A stretch of 64,000 bases of DNA, from assembly GCF_030384885.1 (NCBI RefSeq), contig NZ_CP128613.1. One strand, written 5' to 3'. Shown piece after piece: positions 1 through 10,866 of the stretch. Below the pieces are notes generated by a model. That model was not told the origin of the DNA, ran no database searches, and saw only the letters and a program-made list of their open reading frames with translations. How positions within the stretch are numbered: the first letter of the stretch is position 1; every line of letters begins with the position of its first letter. A program made the translations under genes and the position numbers. The DNA comes from Escherichia coli (GTDB lineage Bacteria > Pseudomonadota > Gammaproteobacteria > Enterobacterales > Enterobacteriaceae).

Positions 1-232
1 TTTCGAGCATATCGTCGAGCCGCGCAGGTGCATAATATTCCACCGTCATTTTACGCACCACAAAGGCAACGCGTTCAGCCATCAGCGCCTGCTGACTGAA
101 GTGATGATGACGCAGCATCTCTGTGCGTGCTCTTTCATAAAAAGCGACGTAACTGGCGTGGTACACCACACCACCGGCATCGGTATCTTCATAGTAGACG
201 CGAACCGGCCATCGAAACAGCGTTGTATTCAC
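1..232 (-). CDS. ybgC: Acyl-CoA thioesterase YbgC of the tol-pal cluster, partial (C-terminus lies beyond the window start)
   Basis: Hand translation of the minus strand from a GTG at 230-232 gives [40 protein letters not shown]..., matching the YbgC N-terminus as I recall it; position downstream of ybgE agrees with K-12 synteny. Confidence 0.8.
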   Translation of the reverse strand, partial: MNTTLFRWPVRVYYEDTDAGGVVYHASYVAFYERARTEMLRHHHFSQQALMAERVAFVVRKMTVEYYAPARLDDMLE

Positions 233-337
233 TTTACATCCCGGTAATGCAACAAAAGTTAGAGCTTTTAAACGCTGCTACTATACGCGCGCGATTGAGG
301 TTTGGGAATGAGGGCAAGTTAAGGGAGCGTAAAAATT

Positions 338-370
338 TATGGGCCTGAAGCGGCCCATAAATTTTTAAAG
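338..370. terminator. Hairpin (ttatgggcc...ggcccataa) flanked by A/T runs; likely bidirectional rho-independent terminator after ybgE
   Basis: Inverted repeat aaaaatttatgggcctgaagcggcccataaattttt read directly in the sequence, immediately downstream of the ybgE stop. Confidence 0.5.
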
Positions 371-381
371 AGAATTCTGAT

Positions 382-675
382 TTAAAAGAAGAAGAAAATC
401 AGCCCGACAATGAGAACAATATCGGCAAGCAAAGGGCAAAAAATCCCTTGCCAGAGAACCTTCTGCGGACGAAAGCCCACGCCGTGAATAACACCAGCAC
501 AGACGGCCCACATCAGCAATAAACCATGCCAGATTTCCAGTTCACTGGTCTTCGCGGCGAAACGTGACGGGTCCCAAAACATACATCCTGCTAACAGAAG
601 CGCCATCACGAAGGAAAGCGCCCGCAGGGGGCGCTTGTCCATTACCGCATACAAGGTTGCGATAATCTTACTCAT
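382..675 (-). CDS. ybgE: Cyd operon protein YbgE (small membrane protein)
   Basis: 97-aa ORF from the track; hydrophobic; its start overlaps the cydX stop (ATGA); position after cydABX as in K-12. Confidence 0.85.
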   Translation of the reverse strand: MSKIIATLYAVMDKRPLRALSFVMALLLAGCMFWDPSRFAAKTSELEIWHGLLLMWAVCAGVIHGVGFRPQKVLWQGIFCPLLADIVLIVGLIFFFF

Positions 676-788
676 CAGATGTCTTCTTGACCGGCTTTGC
701 CTGATTCGACGTGCTCAAGCGCCAGCGCGGTGATTACCCCAAACGAACAGGCAAGAAGCGTTCCCAGAATCCATGCGAAATACCACAT
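675..788 (-). CDS. cydX: Cytochrome bd-I accessory subunit CydX (37 aa)
   Basis: Hand translation of the minus strand gives MWYFAWILGTLLACSFGVITALALEHVESGKAGQEDI; below the 60-aa cutoff of the ORF track; lies between cydB and ybgE. Confidence 0.9.
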   Translation of the reverse strand: MWYFAWILGTLLACSFGVITALALEHVESGKAGQEDI

Positions 789-802
789 TTTTAGCTCCTT
801 AC

Positions 803-1942
803 TTAGTACAGAGAGTGGGTGTTACGTTCAATATCTTCTTTGGTGATACGACCGAACATTTTCCAGTAGCACCAGGCGGTGTAGAGCAGAATGATCGGTA
901 CCAGAACCACCGCAACCCAGGTCATGACGTTAAGCGTCAGCTGGCTGGAAGTTGCATCCCACATTGTCAGACTTGCGTTCATCATGGTGCTGGACGGCAT
1001 CACAAACGGGAACATTGCAATACCGGCAGTCAGGATGATGCAGGCCAGCGTCAGGGAGGAGAACACAAACGCCCACGCCGCTTTATCCATACGTGCAGTC
1101 AGAATGGTCAGCAGAGGCAGAACCACACCCAGTACCGGAATAGCCCACAGAATCGGCGTGTTGTTGAAGTTCACCAACCATGCGCCAGCTTCACGAACCA
1201 CTTCTTTATTCAGTGGGTTAGATGCCGCGTAATGGTCCATTGTTGATTTCACAACATAACCATCGATACCGTACATCACCCATACGCCAGCCAGTGCGAA
1301 GCAGACTAGTGTCACCAGTGCCGCCACCTGAGCCGTTGCACGGGTACGCAGGTGCAGTTCGCCCACGGTACGCATCTGCAGATAGGTTGCGCCCTGAGTA
1401 ATGATCATCCCTACGCTCACCACGCCAGCCAGCAGGCCGAACGGGTTAAGCAGCTGGAAGAAGTTACCGGTGTAGTACAGACGCAGGTATTCATCAACGT
1501 TAAACGGTACGCCCTGCAACAGGTTACCGAACGCCACACCAATCACCAGCGGCGGAACGAAGCTACCAATGAAGATGCCCCAGTCCCACATGTTACGCCA
1601 GCGGGTTTCTTCAATCTTGGAGCGGTAGTCAAAACCGACCGGACGGAAGAACAGAGACGCCAGCACGAGGATCATCGCGACATAGAAGCCGGAGAACGCA
1701 GCGGCATAGACCATCGGCCAGGCAGCAAACAGAGCGCCACCCGCAGTGATCAGCCATACCTGGTTACCGTCCCAGTGTGGTGCGATGGAGTTAATCATAA
1801 TTCGACGCTCGGTGTCGTTACGACCGAGGAAACGGGTGAGCATGCCCACCCCCATGTCGAAACCGTCAGTGACTGCAAAACCAATCAGCAGAACGCCAAC
1901 CAGCAGCCACCAGATAAAACGCAATACTTCATAATCGATCAT
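803..1942 (-). CDS. cydB: Cytochrome bd-I ubiquinol oxidase subunit II
   Basis: 379-aa multi-pass membrane ORF (MIDYEVLRFIWWLLVGVLLIGFAV...) directly downstream of cydA; length and sequence match CydB. Confidence 0.97.
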   Translation of the reverse strand: MIDYEVLRFIWWLLVGVLLIGFAVTDGFDMGVGMLTRFLGRNDTERRIMINSIAPHWDGNQVWLITAGGALFAAWPMVYAAAFSGFYVAMILVLASLFFRPVGFDYRSKIEETRWRNMWDWGIFIGSFVPPLVIGVAFGNLLQGVPFNVDEYLRLYYTGNFFQLLNPFGLLAGVVSVGMIITQGATYLQMRTVGELHLRTRATAQVAALVTLVCFALAGVWVMYGIDGYVVKSTMDHYAASNPLNKEVVREAGAWLVNFNNTPILWAIPVLGVVLPLLTILTARMDKAAWAFVFSSLTLACIILTAGIAMFPFVMPSSTMMNASLTMWDATSSQLTLNVMTWVAVVLVPIILLYTAWCYWKMFGRITKEDIERNTHSLY

Positions 1943-1957
1943 TTGACGACTCCTGTC

Positions 1958-3526
1958 TTAGCGTGCCGGCTGAGTAGTCGTGGAAGACTGCTCAAAGTGA
2001 TAGCGACCGGTTTTCAGGCTGCTTGGGCCGAGGCGTGCAAACTTGAACATTAAGAACAATTCTGCCACCAGGAACAGGGTATACAGGCCACAAATCAGCA
2101 CCATCGAGAAGATGAGGTCGCCTGCGGTCAGTGACGAGTTCGCTACAGCTGTCGGCAGCACTTCACCGATAGCCCAAGGTTGGCGACCATATTCAGCCAC
2201 GAACCAGCCCGCTTCTACAGCAATCCACGGCAGCGGAATACCGTACAGTGCGGCGCGCAGCAGCCATTTTTTCTCGCCAATACGGTTGCGGATGACACTC
2301 CAGAAAGAGAGCGCGATGATTGCCAGCAGCAGGAAGCCACACGCCACCATGATACGGAACGCGAAGTACAGCGGCGCTACACGTGGAATGGAGTCTTTGG
2401 TTGCCTGTTGAATCTGCGCTTCAGTCGCATCCGCCACGTTTGGCGTGTAGCGTTTCAGCAACAGACCGTAACCGAGGTCTTTCTTCATGCTATTGAACTG
2501 GTCACGAACCGCCTGGTCAGTAGAACCAGAACGCAGTTGCTCGAGCAGAGAGTACGCCTTCATCCCGTTACGGATGCGTTCTTCATGCTGCACCATCAGC
2601 TCTTTCAGGCCGATAACCGGGGTATCCACGGAACGCGTTGCAATGATGCCCAGCGCGTAAGGGATCTGGATCGCAAATTTGTTCGTCTCCTCTTCCTGAT
2701 CAGGAATGCCGAACAGAGTAAAGGCAGCAGGTGCAGGTTGCGTTTCCCACTCGGCTTCAATAGCAGCCAGTTTGGTTTTCTGCACGTCGCCCATTTCATA
2801 ACCAGATTCATCACCCAGAACAATAACAGACAGAACGGCAGCCATACCGAAGCTGGCAGCGATAGCAAAGGAGCGTTTAGCGAAGGCGAAGTCACGACCT
2901 TTCAGCATATACCATGCGCTGATACCGAGGATGAACATCGCGCCAGTCACATAACCAGACGCTACAGTGTGAACGAATTTCACCTGAGCAACCGGGTTAA
3001 GCACCAGCTCGGAGAAGCTCACCATCTCCATACGCATAGTTTCAAAGTTGAAATCGGATGCGATTGGGTTTTGCATCCAGCCGTTCGCAACCAGAATCCA
3101 CAGTGCGGACAGGTTTGAACCAAGCGCCACCAGCCAGGTGACACACATATGCTGAACTTTACCCAGACGATCCCAACCGAAGAAGAACAGACCTACAAAG
3201 GTGGATTCGAGGAAGAAGGCCATCAGACCTTCGATTGCCAGCGGCGCACCGAAGATATCCCCTACATAGTGGGAATAGTAAGACCAGTTAGTCCCGAACT
3301 GGAACTCCATGGTCAGACCGGTTGCCACCCCCAGAGCGAAGTTGATACCAAACAACTTGCCCCAGAACTTGGTCATATCTTTATAAATCTGTTTGCCGGA
3401 AAGGACGTAGACCGTTTCCATAATGGCCAGCAGGAACGCCATACCGAGCGTCAGTGGCACAAAAAGGAAGTGGTACATCGCGGTCAAGGCAAACTGTAAG
3501 CGCGACAGTTCGACTATATCTAACAT
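1958..3526 (-). CDS. cydA: Cytochrome bd-I ubiquinol oxidase subunit I
   Basis: ORF translation [31 protein letters not shown]... with the GWxxxEYGRQPW Q-loop region; the track ORF begins MM, so the second Met (3526) is taken as the start. Confidence 0.97.
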
Positions 3527-3529
3527 CAT

Positions 3530-3830
3530 GACTCCTTGCTCATCGCATGAAGACTCCGAGAGTGAACCCCGTTAGAAAGGGTCACACGCATGCCCCAATA
3601 CAAAATTATTTGCTCGCCTCTATCGCTGCCTTTTCCTCAAAAGTGGAAAAGACAATGATAAAAAAGTTACAAATATGTTAATGAATAAACCAAATTGATC
3701 CCGTAATTATATTACGCCGCAAAATCCTTACAATAAACAGGTTTTTATTGAGCAAATTTGCATTTTTCGACAGTGATCAATTTATAGCGAAATTGTCACG
3801 ACCTCACCAATTTGATCTACGACAATTTAT
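3530..3830 (-). promoter_or_regulatory. cydAB upstream control region (long AT-rich leader/promoters; ArcA/FNR-regulated in K-12)
   Basis: Position immediately 5-prime of cydA; AT-rich with several TTGAT/ATCAA-like half-sites; individual sites not resolved by eye. Confidence 0.4.
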
Positions 3831-4330
3831 CGTGTTTTGCAGATTTTTTTCAAGAATTAAAAATTGATTTATATCAAAACCAGTCAAATATGTTAATTAT
3901 GTATAAACCATAGACCATTGGTAATTTTATTGTTAATTTATTGTGAAATATTTATGTAACACAATTATTACAATAAAAAGACATAGATAAAAAACCAGTG
4001 TTTTATTTAACAGAATCGCCTTATCAACTTTTTATAATACCAATTGATTAGAGTAGCCAATTTGTTGCTATTTTACATAACATATTTTTATCAAAGTTAA
4101 TTGATTGTTGCCTTTATGAGCATCGCCGTAAGACCGCCATGTTATTGTTTCATTTGTAATAATCACCAATAAGTATCGATGAGAGAGATATCGCTTAACA
4201 GAGGCGACTGTGTCTGCATGAACACAGGCAACTTTCGCCTGATAAACGAAAAATGAGCGATTTTTGCAAGTTAGTTTTTCTATAGCCGGGTACGCTGAGC
4301 GCCTCGCTTGATTACAATGAGGTTGCTGCC

Positions 4331-5275
4331 ATGGGTCTTGATAATATAGGTTCTGTTGTCAATCGCTTCTCTGGTTGGCCATCAAATGATCCTCTAAAAA
4401 CAGATAACGAATCAATGACATCACCCGTGACTGTGCAGGTAATAAAGTTGATTGCCGCCATCCTTGACCCACATCGGATAGTCGTTGGTATCGATACACT
4501 TTATACAACGCAGCGCAAAACATTTACCTCAGAGGGTCAACAACTCATTGAATCAGCATTGAAAACACTTAATGTGATGAATTTAAATAGCCTGGAAACA
4601 GATCGCGATGAGGAGGGTAACTATCTGGCTTTTGGATATAACGTTGACACTCCTGACAGAATAACCGTTTCTGCTTATAATGAAAAAAAACCTTTCTGTT
4701 ATGGCCAATGTCTTTTAATACAGGATGAAGAACCAGATTTATTTAACCTGGTAAAAATTAAAACCTTTGAAGCCAGGCATAATTATGTTTCTAAATTGAT
4801 GAGCGATCCGGAATTTATGTTTAAATTCAGTTATAGCGCCCAACAAAATAGATTAGAACCTCATCTTCTGGTTCCCACTTATTTCCCTCTGAAAACAAAC
4901 CAACCGGTTACGCTAGAGGATGTACTGATACTTTATCGTTTCTTTAAAATGAATGGCGATTTTAATATATTAACATCAGATGAATACATGAGTATCATGA
5001 CACCTCTGATGAAGTGTGAGCGTAGTGTCCACGACCATAACAGGTATGTGACGGGCAAAGATGCTCTTCTTCTGGACAATCCTCCGTCTGGTAACCAGAT
5101 ATATTTCCATATTTCCCCTGACGAATCAGCAACACTTGTCCTTTATTTTTCAGACAATAACCTTGAATCCTTCGTCTTTGAAAATGATATTCCGAGCCAG
5201 TATCGACATTTCAAAATGTTTACCAATTTAGCACTAGTTATTGATCAGTTAACCGACGCCAATCAAATACTTTAA
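4331..5275 (+). CDS. Hypothetical protein (314 aa), no recognisable family; low-GC accessory gene
   Basis: ORF preceded by a GAGG Shine-Dalgarno about 9 nt upstream; AT-rich codon usage unlike the flanking core genes; no transmembrane segments or known motifs seen. Confidence 0.55.
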   Translation: MGLDNIGSVVNRFSGWPSNDPLKTDNESMTSPVTVQVIKLIAAILDPHRIVVGIDTLYTTQRKTFTSEGQQLIESALKTLNVMNLNSLETDRDEEGNYLAFGYNVDTPDRITVSAYNEKKPFCYGQCLLIQDEEPDLFNLVKIKTFEARHNYVSKLMSDPEFMFKFSYSAQQNRLEPHLLVPTYFPLKTNQPVTLEDVLILYRFFKMNGDFNILTSDEYMSIMTPLMKCERSVHDHNRYVTGKDALLLDNPPSGNQIYFHISPDESATLVLYFSDNNLESFVFENDIPSQYRHFKMFTNLALVIDQLTDANQIL

Positions 5276-5354
5276 TTTTCTATACAGCCCTGTGTAAAAT
5301 ATTGCTAAACAGTGCCCGGGGTTGATTTTTATTCCTCACGGTGATATTTAAATC

Positions 5355-5777
5355 ATGACCCCATCTCAGCTCTCTTTTAATACTCTTCCTGTCAATGCAA
5401 CATGCACTTCAGAGATAACAGTAAACACACAAAAATTCTCTGACATCCTCTACTCAGTGGGGTATTCCCTAAAGGATCTGGCTTATCTGAGCAGATGTCT
5501 GGCATCATTACACCCGACACTCGCCAAAAACATTTATGAAACGGAAAATCTCAGCGATCAAAAATTACTGCATATTGATTGCCGTAGTACAAATGAAATC
5601 AAGATAAATATCTTTTTTGGTCAGCAACGAGAAGGATTAATTGAAATTAGTTCTGACACAGTCATTTTTTCGATACTGTCTTCATTGATTGACTCAGCTA
5701 TTTCTGAACATCGACATCAAATCACCGTTAATGATTCAAATAATTCTGAACTATTTTATGAGGATTATACTGATTAA
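5355..5777 (+). CDS. Hypothetical acidic protein (140 aa), co-oriented partner of the upstream 314-aa gene
   Basis: ORF 79 nt downstream of the 314-aa gene on the same strand with the same AT-rich composition; D/E-rich C-terminus. Confidence 0.5.
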   Translation: MTPSQLSFNTLPVNATCTSEITVNTQKFSDILYSVGYSLKDLAYLSRCLASLHPTLAKNIYETENLSDQKLLHIDCRSTNEIKINIFFGQQREGLIEISSDTVIFSILSSLIDSAISEHRHQITVNDSNNSELFYEDYTD

Positions 5778-6320
5778 ATCCACTCTGTGCGAACCTGTCC
5801 TGCATTTATGCCAGAAGTATTAGAATCTTTGATTAACGTTACTCGTACTGGTAGCACCTTCATGTGCCCCTCTTTTTTACGAACAATCAAAAGAACTAAC
5901 AAAGGGCATAATTCGTATAAATCATTAACCATTTGTTATATTCAACATTTTTTTTACATTAAGCAGAGATGAATTGCAGTGAAATTCAAGTTAAATTTTA
6001 CAAAATGTATTACTCATGGCTAAAAAATCTCCCCAAAATGCAAATTAGAAGTTGATCACAATTATCTCAATACATCAAATAAAGTTAATTTTAAAAATTT
6101 AACATTCATGACATTAGTTGACATAACACGCTGAATTAAAATGAGAATTTAAAAACACACTTTAAACAATCATTTCCCGAAAGACATTTTGAAAATAGAT
6201 CAATTGCAACATTACGGTCAGATAAAGACACTCCTCTGATATTAAACCTGTGCCGTTATGAACGGCCATAAATACGACGTGTGTAACTTAATTTACTCTC
6301 TGTCTTACAAAGGATTACCC

Positions 6321-6770
6321 ATGAAGAAAGCAACACTTGTGATTGGCGTTATTGGCGCGGACTGCCATGCAGTAGGCAATAAAGTTCTGGACCGCGTTTT
6401 TAGCAACCATGACTTCAGAGTCATTAATCTGGGCGTAATGGTCAGCCAGGACGAATATATTGATGCTGCCATTGAAACTGGCGCTGACGCAATTGTCGTC
6501 TCCTCTATCTATGGGCATGGCGATATCGACTGTCTGGGCATGCGCGAACGCTGCATTGAGCGTGGCTTGGGGGACATCCTGCTCTATGTGGGCGGCAACC
6601 TGCTGGTCGGAAAACATGACTTCGCTGACGTGGAAACCAAGTTCAAAGAGATGGGATTTGATCGCGTCTTTTCCCCAAGTCATGACTTAGAAGATGTTTG
6701 TCAGCTGATGGCCCACGATATCAACCAACGTCATGACGTTGATACTCGCATTCTTGAAGAGGCAATCTGA
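6321..6770 (+). CDS. Glutamate mutase sigma (S) subunit, B12-binding (GlmS/MutS-type methylaspartate mutase small subunit)
   Basis: Translation [24 protein letters not shown]... contains the DxHxxG cobalamin-binding motif; AAGGA Shine-Dalgarno before the ATG at 6321 (the track ORF starts further upstream); followed by L and E subunits in the clostridial S-L-E order. Confidence 0.85.
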   Translation: MKKATLVIGVIGADCHAVGNKVLDRVFSNHDFRVINLGVMVSQDEYIDAAIETGADAIVVSSIYGHGDIDCLGMRERCIERGLGDILLYVGGNLLVGKHDFADVETKFKEMGFDRVFSPSHDLEDVCQLMAHDINQRHDVDTRILEEAI

Positions 6771-8158
6771 TGCAAATCGTCTCTGTCGATATTGGATCGA
6801 CGTGGACCAAAGCAGCCCTCTTCACCCGGGAGGGGGACGCGTTAACGTTGGTTAACCACGTTCTGACCCCAACCACCATCCATCATCTGGCAGAGGGATT
6901 TTTCTCCAGCCTTAACCAGGTGTTAAACGTAGATAATGCCCTCCCCCTGTTAAACCGTGGTGAGGTTGCATTGAAGTATTCCTCCTCTGCCAAAGGTGGG
7001 CTGGCGGTTGCCGCAATGGGATTGGTGCCTTCTATCACCCTGGAAACCGCGAAAGTAACCGCTCACTCTGCGGGTGCTAAAATTGCGCAATATTACGCCT
7101 ACAAGCTGAACCGCCGTGATATCCAGGCACTGGAAGAAACGCAGCCCGATATTCTCTTGTTCACCGGCGGCACCGACGGCGGAGAAGAAAGCTACGGACT
7201 GAATAACGCCCGTGTGCTGGCAGAATCCAAACTCGACTGCGCCATTATTTATGCCGGAAACCGGGATATTCAGGACAAGGTGCAGGAGATCCTCGGGCAT
7301 AAAGACCTGACCATCGTCGACAACGTTCTGCCCGATCTTGACCATCCGAACCCTTTAGCTGCACGCCAGGCTATCTGCGACATATTCCTTAAACGCATCG
7401 TTAAAGGGAAAGGGCTGGATGTCATTGTTGATAAAACAGGCGAAGAACCAATGCCGACACCATGGACGGTCTTTGAACTGGTGAAGGCAATCAGTAACGT
7501 CGATCACAGCTGGAAAGAGTTCATGCTGATCGACATGGGCGGCGCAACCACCGATGTCTATTCCGCCTGTGCCAACACGCTCTCGCCCGACACTGTTTTA
7601 CATGGCGTACCGGAACCCTTCGTAAAACGGACGGTGGAAGGCGATCTGGGAATGCGCGTCTCGGCAATGGTGGTTGGTGAAAGTGCGAAAGAGTTAGTCA
7701 GTGTGAATTTTGCTCAGCAACCCGCACAGTTGGACGCTTTTTATCATTACCTCCGTCATCTAGTCGCTCATCCCGACTACTTACCCGCGAATGCAGATGA
7801 AAAATATTTCGATACCGTCCTGGCCGGACTGTGTGTGGGTTATGCCACCGAAAGACATGCGGGCACCAAAAAAGAGGTCTGCACCTGCGTCGGCAATGTC
7901 GATTTACAGATGGGACGTGACCTGACAACCGTGCGTAAAGTCGTGGGTTCCGGCGGATGGCTCTCGCGTGCCAGTCAGTTCGATATGCATCACTGGTTGA
8001 AATACCGCGAGTTAAACGACGACGGTAAACGCATTCTCTTACCGACCGAATTTGAATATTACCGCGATTCCTGGGGGCTATTACCACTGCTGGCAAACGT
8101 CGCCAGAGTCGATCCGCTGGCCGCCGCGCGCACCAGTATTCAATGCTTAACCCTATAA
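6770..8158 (+). CDS. Glutamate mutase-associated MutL/GlmL protein (putative mutase chaperone/reactivase)
   Basis: 462-aa ORF whose start overlaps the S-subunit stop (TGATG); sits between the S and E subunits as in clostridial glm/mut operons. Confidence 0.75.
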   Translation: MQIVSVDIGSTWTKAALFTREGDALTLVNHVLTPTTIHHLAEGFFSSLNQVLNVDNALPLLNRGEVALKYSSSAKGGLAVAAMGLVPSITLETAKVTAHSAGAKIAQYYAYKLNRRDIQALEETQPDILLFTGGTDGGEESYGLNNARVLAESKLDCAIIYAGNRDIQDKVQEILGHKDLTIVDNVLPDLDHPNPLAARQAICDIFLKRIVKGKGLDVIVDKTGEEPMPTPWTVFELVKAISNVDHSWKEFMLIDMGGATTDVYSACANTLSPDTVLHGVPEPFVKRTVEGDLGMRVSAMVVGESAKELVSVNFAQQPAQLDAFYHYLRHLVAHPDYLPANADEKYFDTVLAGLCVGYATERHAGTKKEVCTCVGNVDLQMGRDLTTVRKVVGSGGWLSRASQFDMHHWLKYRELNDDGKRILLPTEFEYYRDSWGLLPLLANVARVDPLAAARTSIQCLTL

Positions 8159-8176
8159 CAATTAAGGCTGCAATCA

Positions 8177-9622
8177 ATGGAACTTCGAAATAAGAAATTA
8201 ACCCATGACGAATTCATGACCGAGCGGCAACAGGTATTGAAAACCTGGGAAACCGGCAAGGATGTTGAAAACTTTGAAGATGGCGTTAAATACCAACAAA
8301 CCATTCCTGAGCATAAACGCTTCTCTCTTGCCCTGCTGAAAGCAGACAAGGAAGGTAAAACCCTTAGCCAACCGCGCGCAGGCGTGGCGCTGATGGACGA
8401 ACACATCGAACTACTGAAAACACTACAAGAAGAGTGCGATCTGCTGCCGAGCACTATCGATGCATATACCCGTCTGAATCGGTACGAAGAAGCGGCTGTA
8501 GGGATTAAAAAATCCATCGAAGCCGGAACCTCTAAACTGAACGGTTTACCGGTAGTTAACCACGGCGTCGCAGCTTGCCGTCGCCTCACCGAAACTCTGC
8601 AAAAACCGCTACAGATTCGCCACGGCACGCCAGATGCGCGTTTGCTGGCTGAAATCTCGATGGCCAGCGGCTTTACCAGTTATGAAGGCGGCGGCATTTC
8701 CTACAATATTCCGTATGCCAAGCGCGTAACGCTGGAAAAATCGATCCGCGACTGGCAGTACTGCGATCGTTTAATGGGGATGTATGAAGAACACGGGATC
8801 CGCATCAACCGCGAACCGTTTGGCCCACTAACGGGTACGCTAATCCCGCCGTTTATCTCGCACTCTATCGCAATAATCGAAGGCTTGCTGGCACTGGAAC
8901 AGGGTGTGAAGTCTATCACCGTTGGTTATGGTCAGGTCGGCAGCCTGACGCAGGATGTCGCGGCGATCCAGTCTCTGCGTAAACTTGCACACGAATACTT
9001 TCAGAACTATGGCTATACCGACTATGAATTAAGTACCGTGTTTCACCAGTGGATGGGCGGCTTTCCGGAAGACGAATCGAAAGCGTTCGCCATTATCTCC
9101 TGGGGTGCAGCCGTCGCGGGGATGTCTGGTGCCACCAAAGTCATCACCAAAAGTCCGCACGAAGCCTGGGGCATCCCGACTGCTGCTGCCAACATTCAGG
9201 GGCTAAAAGCCTCCCGCCAGATGCTCAACATGGTCAACGAGCAGAAATTCCCGCCGTGCCCGGCGGTTGAACTAGAAATTGAACTGATTAAGAGCGAGGT
9301 TCGCGCGGTACTGAACAAAGTGTTCGAACTGGGTAATGGTGATATTGCGCGCGGTACGGTGCTGGCATTTGAAGCGGGCGTACTGGATGTGCCGTTTGCG
9401 CCAGCCGCCTGCAACGCAGGCAAAATTCTTCCGGTCCGTGACAACACTGGCGCGATTCGCGTACTGGAGGCCGGAGCCGTTCCATTGCCAAAAGATATTC
9501 TCGACCTCCACCACGATTACGTTGCTGAACGCGCGCGCTTTGAAGGACGCCAACCGACATTCCAGATGGTTGTAGATGACATCAATGCTGTATCCCACAG
9601 TAAATTAATAGGAAGACCATAA
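8177..9622 (+). CDS. Glutamate mutase epsilon (E) subunit (methylaspartate mutase large subunit)
   Basis: 481-aa ORF of typical E-subunit length, positioned between the L gene and the methylaspartate ammonia-lyase gene. Confidence 0.85.
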   Translation: MELRNKKLTHDEFMTERQQVLKTWETGKDVENFEDGVKYQQTIPEHKRFSLALLKADKEGKTLSQPRAGVALMDEHIELLKTLQEECDLLPSTIDAYTRLNRYEEAAVGIKKSIEAGTSKLNGLPVVNHGVAACRRLTETLQKPLQIRHGTPDARLLAEISMASGFTSYEGGGISYNIPYAKRVTLEKSIRDWQYCDRLMGMYEEHGIRINREPFGPLTGTLIPPFISHSIAIIEGLLALEQGVKSITVGYGQVGSLTQDVAAIQSLRKLAHEYFQNYGYTDYELSTVFHQWMGGFPEDESKAFAIISWGAAVAGMSGATKVITKSPHEAWGIPTAAANIQGLKASRQMLNMVNEQKFPPCPAVELEIELIKSEVRAVLNKVFELGNGDIARGTVLAFEAGVLDVPFAPAACNAGKILPVRDNTGAIRVLEAGAVPLPKDILDLHHDYVAERARFEGRQPTFQMVVDDINAVSHSKLIGRP

Positions 9623-10863
9623 TGAAAATAAAACAGGCCCTTTTCACCGCTGGCTACTCTTCATTCTATTTCGATGACCAGCAGGCGATAAAAAACGGAG
9701 CGGGTCACGACGGCTTTTTTTATACCGGAGAGCCGGTAACACAGGGGTTTAACGCCGTACGTCAGGCCGGGGAGTGCGTTTCGGTTCAGTTGATTCTGGA
9801 AAACGGTGCGGTCGCCGTAGGCGACTGTGCTGCCGTACAGTATTCCGGGGCAGGCGGTCGCGATCCACTGTTCCTCGCAGAGCACTTTATTCCGTTCCTC
9901 AACGACCATATCAAGCCATTACTGGTAGGCCGCGATGTGGATGCTTTCCTGCCGAATGCCCGTTTCTTCGACAAATTGCGTATTGACGGCAACTTGCTGC
10001 ATACCGCCGTACGTTACGGATTATCACAGGCGCTGCTTGATGCTACCGCGCTGGCAACCGGCCGTCTAAAAACTGAAGTGGTCTGTGATGAATGGCAGTT
10101 GCCACGCGTAGCGGAATCCATTCCATTATTTGGTCAGAGCGGCGACGATCGATATATCGCCGTCGATAAGATGATCCTTAAGGGCATCGACGTGCTGCCC
10201 CATGCGCTGATTAATAACGTCGAAGAGAAGCTGGGCTTTAAAGGTGAAAAACTGCGCGAATATGTCCGCTGGTTGTCGGATCGCATTCTGAGCAAGCGCA
10301 CCAGCGCACGCTACTACCCAACCCTGCACATCGATGTATACGGCACTATCGGTCTGATCTTCGATATGGATCCGCTTCGCTGTGCGCAATACATCGCCAG
10401 CCTGGAAAAAGAAGCGCAAGGCCTGCCGCTCTACATTGAAGGGCCGGTCGATGCCGGTAACAAGCCCGATCAAATTCGCCTGCTGACCGCGATTACCAAA
10501 GAGCTGACGCGCCTCGGTTCCGGCGTGAAAATTGTGGCCGATGAATGGTGTAACACCTACCAGGATATTGTTGATTTCACTGATGCCGCCAGTTGCCACA
10601 TGGTGCAAATCAAAACCCCGGATCTGGGCAGTATTCACAACATCGTCGATGCAGTTCTTTATTGCAACAGCCACAGCATGGAAGCGTACCAGGGCGGCAC
10701 CTGCAATGAAACTGATGTCAGTGCCCGCACCTGTGTCCACGTCGCCCTTGCTGCTCGCCCCATGCGTATGCTGGTAAAACCAGGGATGGGCTTTGACGAA
10801 GGCCTCGATATCGTCTTCAACGAAATGAATCGTACTATCGCGCTGTTGCAGGCTAAGGATTAA
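9622..10863 (+). CDS. 3-Methylaspartate ammonia-lyase (enolase superfamily)
   Basis: 413-aa ORF, start overlapping the E-subunit stop (TAATG); sequence MKIKQALFTAGYSSFYFDDQQAI... and length match MAL; operon context with glutamate mutase. Confidence 0.85.
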   Translation: MKIKQALFTAGYSSFYFDDQQAIKNGAGHDGFFYTGEPVTQGFNAVRQAGECVSVQLILENGAVAVGDCAAVQYSGAGGRDPLFLAEHFIPFLNDHIKPLLVGRDVDAFLPNARFFDKLRIDGNLLHTAVRYGLSQALLDATALATGRLKTEVVCDEWQLPRVAESIPLFGQSGDDRYIAVDKMILKGIDVLPHALINNVEEKLGFKGEKLREYVRWLSDRILSKRTSARYYPTLHIDVYGTIGLIFDMDPLRCAQYIASLEKEAQGLPLYIEGPVDAGNKPDQIRLLTAITKELTRLGSGVKIVADEWCNTYQDIVDFTDAASCHMVQIKTPDLGSIHNIVDAVLYCNSHSMEAYQGGTCNETDVSARTCVHVALAARPMRMLVKPGMGFDEGLDIVFNEMNRTIALLQAKD

Positions 10864-10866
10864 CAA

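Noticed and set aside
127-348. 73-aa plus-strand ORF at the window start
   Set aside because: Overlaps the antisense of the ybgC N-terminal coding region; Arg/His-rich; not credible.
2180-3118. 312-aa plus-strand ORF opposite cydA, with 773-1246 and 1352-2053 opposite cydB
   Set aside because: Antisense to cytochrome bd oxidase genes; shadow ORFs.
6189-6203. FNR-like palindrome TTGAAAATAGATCAA about 120 bp upstream of the glutamate mutase S gene
   Set aside because: Half-sites resemble TTGAT/ATCAA but the spacer is 5 nt, not the canonical 4, and one half has a mismatch; suggestive for an anaerobic operon but not good enough to call a site.
8140-8628. 162-aa minus-strand ORF overlapping the start of the glutamate mutase E gene
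   Set aside because: Antisense to a well-supported operon gene, Ser/Cys/Arg-rich; no independent support.
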